Assembly: GCA_030390025.1 (NCBI GenBank)
Contig: CM059432.1
Location: 6,820,001-6,884,000, forward strand
Direction of reading: 5' to 3'
Length of the DNA: 64,000 nt
DNA from: Squalus acanthias
Lineage: Eukaryota
The position numbers were made by a program, and so were the translations under genes. The notes under the pieces were generated by a model. That model worked only from the letters and a program-made list of their open reading frames with translations. It was not told the origin of the DNA and did no database searches. Shown piece after piece: positions 59,967-64,000 of this stretch; within the stretch, counting starts at the first letter, position 1, and each line of letters starts with the position of its first letter.

Positions 59967-61030
59967 CGGGTCTTTTTCCGAGTGGCAAGCAGTGACTAGT
60001 GGGGTACCGCAGGGATCGGTGCTAGGACCCCAGCTATTCACAATATATATTAATGATCTAGACGAGGGAACTAGATGTAATATCTCCAAGTTTGCAGACG
60101 ACACAAAGCTGGGTGGGCGTGTGTGCTGTGAGGAGGATGCAGAGAAACTCCAGTATGATTTGGACAGGTTGGGTGATTGGGCAGATGCATGGCAGATGCA
60201 GTTTCATGTGGATAAATGCGAGGTTATCCACTTTGGTGGCAAAAACAGGAAGGCAGATTATTATCTGAACGGCAATAGATTGGGAAAAGGGGAAGTGCAA
60301 CGAGACCTGGGTGTCCTTGTGCACCAGTCGCTGAAGGTAAGCATGCAGGTGCCGCAGGCGGTTAAGAAGGCAAATGGTATGTTGGCCTTCATAGCGAGGG
60401 GATTCGAGTACAGGAACAAGAATGTCTTGCTGCAGTTGTACAGGGCCTTGGTGAGACCACACCTTGAGTATTGTGTGCAATTTTGGTCGCCTTATCTGAG
60501 GAAGGATGTTCTTGCCATGGAGGGAGTGCAGCGAAGATTCACCAGACTGCTATCTGGGATGGCAGGAATGACTTATGAAGAGAGATTGGGTCGATTAGGC
60601 TTATATTCGCCAGAGTTTAGAAGAATGAGAGGGGATCTCATTGAAACTTATAAAATTCTAACAGGACTAGACAGACTAGATGCAGGAAGGCTGTTCCCGA
60701 TGGCGGGGGAGTCCAGAACCAGGGGTCACAGTCTAAGGATAAGGGGTAAGCCATTTAGGACTGAGATGAGGAGGAATTTCTTCACCCAGAGAGTGGTGAA
60801 CCTGTGGAATTCTCTACCACAGAAGGCAGTTGAGGCCAATTCATTAAATATATTCAAGAAGGTGTTAGATATATTTCTTAAGGCTAAGGGGATCAAGGGA
60901 TATGGAGAGAAAGCAGGGACAGGGTACTGAATTTGGATGATCAGCCATGATCGCATTGAATGGCGGAGCAGGCTCGAAGGCCGAATGGCCTACTCCTGCT
61001 CCTATTTTTCTATTGTCTATATTTCTATTA
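59967..61030 (+). mobile_element. CR1 LINE 3' portion with an open 312-aa RT C-terminal ORF
   Basis: ORF 59992..60930 GVPQGSVLGP, KFADDTKL, VRPHLEYCVQFWSP. Confidence 0.95.
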
Positions 61031-61369
61031 AAGCTAAAAATATAAATACCTTGTGAATATCGTTAATTAAAGCAACACTCCAAATGCAAGATTATACCAA
61101 GGTGTCTGCTTGATAAATATTGATGCCTGACAGTTAAACCTTTGAGATCAGCTGCTTGTTTCTTTGTGGCTGGAGCCAACATTGGGTATGAGCTGTGAAC
61201 AGTGGAAGATTAAGTTTTCATTAACCGGAAAATACTTACACAACGTAATGTTGTGTTCCATTCATCTACATGATAGTTGAATTAGGATGTTGTAGACATT
61301 ATGATAAGCACCTTGTCACATCATAGTATGTTCAAGGCATGATAATTCCTGTGTAGCACCATTTAATCA

Positions 61370-62165
61370 TCGAATCATGGAATGGTTACAGCACAGAAGG
61401 AGGCCGTTCAGCCCATCGAGCCCGTGCCGGCTCTCTGCAAGAGCACTTCAGCCAGTCCCACTCCCCACCCTTTCCCCGTAGCCCTGCAAATTCTTTTTCC
61501 TTCAGGTACTTATCCAATTCCCTTTTGAAAGCCACGATTGAATCTGCCTCCACCACCCCCTCAGGCAGCGCATTCCAGATCCTAACCACTCGCTGCGTAA
61601 AGAAAGTTTTTCCTCATGTCGCCTTTGGTTCTTCTGCCAATCACCTTAAATCTGTGTCCTCTGGTTCTCGACTCTTCCGCCAATGGGAACAGTTTTTCTC
61701 TATCTACTCTGTCTAGACCCATCATGATTTTGAACACCTCGATCAAATCTCCTCTCAACCTTCTCTGCTCCAAGGAGAACAACCCCAGCTTCTCCAGTCT
61801 AGCCATGTAACTGAAATCCCTCATTCCTGGAATCATTCTTGTAAATCTTTTCTGCACCCTCGCTAAGGCCTTCACATCCTTCCTAAAGTGCGGTGCCCAG
61901 AATTGGACACAGTACTCCAGTTGAGGCCAAACCAGTGTTTTATAAAGGTTCATCAGAACTTCCTTGCTTTTGTACTCTATGCACCTATTTATGAAGTCCA
62001 GGATCCCGTATGCTTTTTTAACCGCTTTCTCAACCTGCCCTGCCACCTTCAACGATTTGTGCACATACACCCCCAGCCAGGTCTCTCTGTTCATGCACTC
62101 ACTTTAGAATTGTACCCTTTAGTTTATATTGCCTCTCCTCGTTCTTCCTACCAAAATGTATCAAA
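61370..62165 (-). mobile_element. CR1 3' portion (second subfamily)
   Basis: ORF 61582..62094 LGVYVHKSLK...LYKTLVWPQLEYCVQFWAP. Confidence 0.9.
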
Positions 62166-62489
62166 TGTATGTTTATTGTGAAACAGCTCTCACTGTATTG
62201 CCTCTGAGATCTACCCAAGTCTGTGGGATAGCATTCTGTTGATTGCAGAAAACAGCTGGACCTGATGCCGTGTTGTATATTCTATACGTCCTGCCGCATC
62301 TTCTATTAGTCCGAGAGATGAGCTTGGTATACTCCATTTCCTCTGGACGTGTACATAGCTGCACCTTTGTAGTGGCGCTATAGAATTTTGGAGCTAAACT
62401 GAAGCAGCCCAATTGTGTACGGCCACTCCAATGGACCAACAGAACTTGGGCAATTTTTAATGCGTCTCACTTGTTAACAAAGCATTAAA

Positions 62490-62686
62490 GGCCCAGAAAT
62501 TCATCTCGGGCGGTGTCGCAAAACGGGCGGTATCGGATCGGATCGGCCGCCCGTTTTACGCAGCGCCTGGCATTCCGTTCCATTGACTGCAATGGACTGA
62601 CTGTCCAGCACTGCGTATAACGGGCGGCCGATCCGATCCGATACCACCCGCTTTGCGCCACCGCCCCAGAAACGAATTTCTAGCCC
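62490..62686. mobile_element. Hairpin (fold-back) MITE
   Basis: Inverted along its whole length (ggtatcggatcggatcggccgcccgtt / aacgggcggccgatccgatccgatacc) around ccattgactgcaatgg. Termini ggcccagaaattc / gaatttctagccc. Confidence 0.8.
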
Positions 62687-63446
62687 TGAAAAGTTTACGT
62701 GTTCCACAGTGAAATGGTTAAACAGTGTAGTCCCTAACACATTCAGTTTTGGTGCAGTGTAACAGATATCTGGAATTATTCAGGCAATTGCAGAGTATGT
62801 TAGGAATTTCCCTTACTTATTGCTTCTCTCTGATTTCATGAACAACAATGTGCGACACATAACTGACTCTGATTTTAGATGATGGCATCGGGCGTTGAGC
62901 TCATTTCCTGAATAATTAAATGCGTGGTCGAAAAGAAAAATCGTTTTCCTATTTCTAAATATTCGCTAATAGTTGGGTTTAAAATAATGAATAACAGGAA
63001 TTAGATGATTGGGGTTATCAAATTGCATTCACAATATTGCGCAGTTGTACTATGCGTAAGCTGCAGTTCAGCTCAGACTATTTGATTCGAAATGTAATCT
63101 ATTGTACTTATTCTTTACTAACTTTTAGTTGTTTATAATGCTTTAGCTTGTGAAGTTACCCACTTTCTCTCTCTCTTCTTGCCATTACTCTAATTGCATT
63201 AACAGAAGGTGCAAAAATATATATTTTCTTAACATTTGCAGCTTTTTAGAAGTGTACCATTGTCTTCTTTTCCTCCTCTACGCCCCGGGCAATTAGCCAA
63301 CCTGGTCGTGTCCCTGTCCTTACCACCAGCGAAAAAGTAGGCTGTATGCATTTGTTCCAAATGCCGCAGAAGTTAAGATACCTTACTTTTGAAGCTGATT
63401 TTTTTTATATACATAAATGTTCAACTGCTAATGAGAATTATCTTTA

Positions 63447-63692
63447 ATCATAGAATGACACAGCACAGAAGAAGGCTTTTCAGCCCATCATGTCTGTGCC
63501 GGCTCTTTGGTAGAGCTATCCAATTAGTCCCACTCCCCTGCTCTTTCCCATAGCCCTGCAGTGTTTTCCCCCTTCATGTGTTTATCCCTTTTGAAAGTTA
63601 ATATTAAATCTGCTTCCATCACCCTTTCAGGCAGTGAGATCCAGATCAGAACAACTCGCTGCGTAAAATAATATTCCCCTCATCTCCCCTCT
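63447..63692 (-). mobile_element. CR1 3'UTR fragment
   Basis: aatcatagaat tail; collinear with 61370-61620. Confidence 0.8.
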
Positions 63693-64000
63693 GTGGGTGG
63701 GGTGGGTCCGAGTGGCAGCAACCCAGTTTGTGTTTGCACTCCTGCTCCTCCGGGGCGCCCACAAAAATGAGTTGACACTTACCTTTAGCGTGTCTCTCTG
63801 CTTCCATCGCCCGTGGAAGTGGCCGCTGCTCAGGCTTCGACCTGCTCTGACCTAAAATGACAATCGTCCGAGGGGCCTATCGCCTGAAATGGGCGGGTGC
63901 TTTGAACACTTTCAGAATGGAGCCGGGTGCATCGCCAGTCTTAACCGGGCGGTAAGGATACTGACCACATTTTGAGGTCGTTGACGCCAGGCGAAGGCAG

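Overview
Vertebrate genomic DNA, almost certainly from a cartilaginous fish (shark), judged by the repeat families and the protein divergence. The window lies inside the large VPS13B (COH1) gene on the + strand. Three consecutive coding exons (10076-10200, 31741-31975, 55661-55881) have canonical AG/GT splice sites and compatible phases. The rest is intron, densely filled with nested transposons: CR1 LINEs (one with an uninterrupted 732-codon RT ORF), L2 and RTE fragments, Deu-domain and probable Meta-domain tRNA-SINEs, PIF/Harbinger remnants and MITEs, a hAT MITE, and two families of Penelope-like elements (PLEs). The most unusual signals are: five minimal hammerhead-ribozyme motifs in the PLE ends; two short TSD-bounded fold-back PLE insertions, one carrying a hammerhead on each strand; and a 1.47-kb almost pure pyrimidine tract grown from a SINE tail about 640 bp upstream of an exon. 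I found no convincing new protein-coding system. Family names come from recalled motifs, not database searches, and repeat boundaries without TSD support are approximate.
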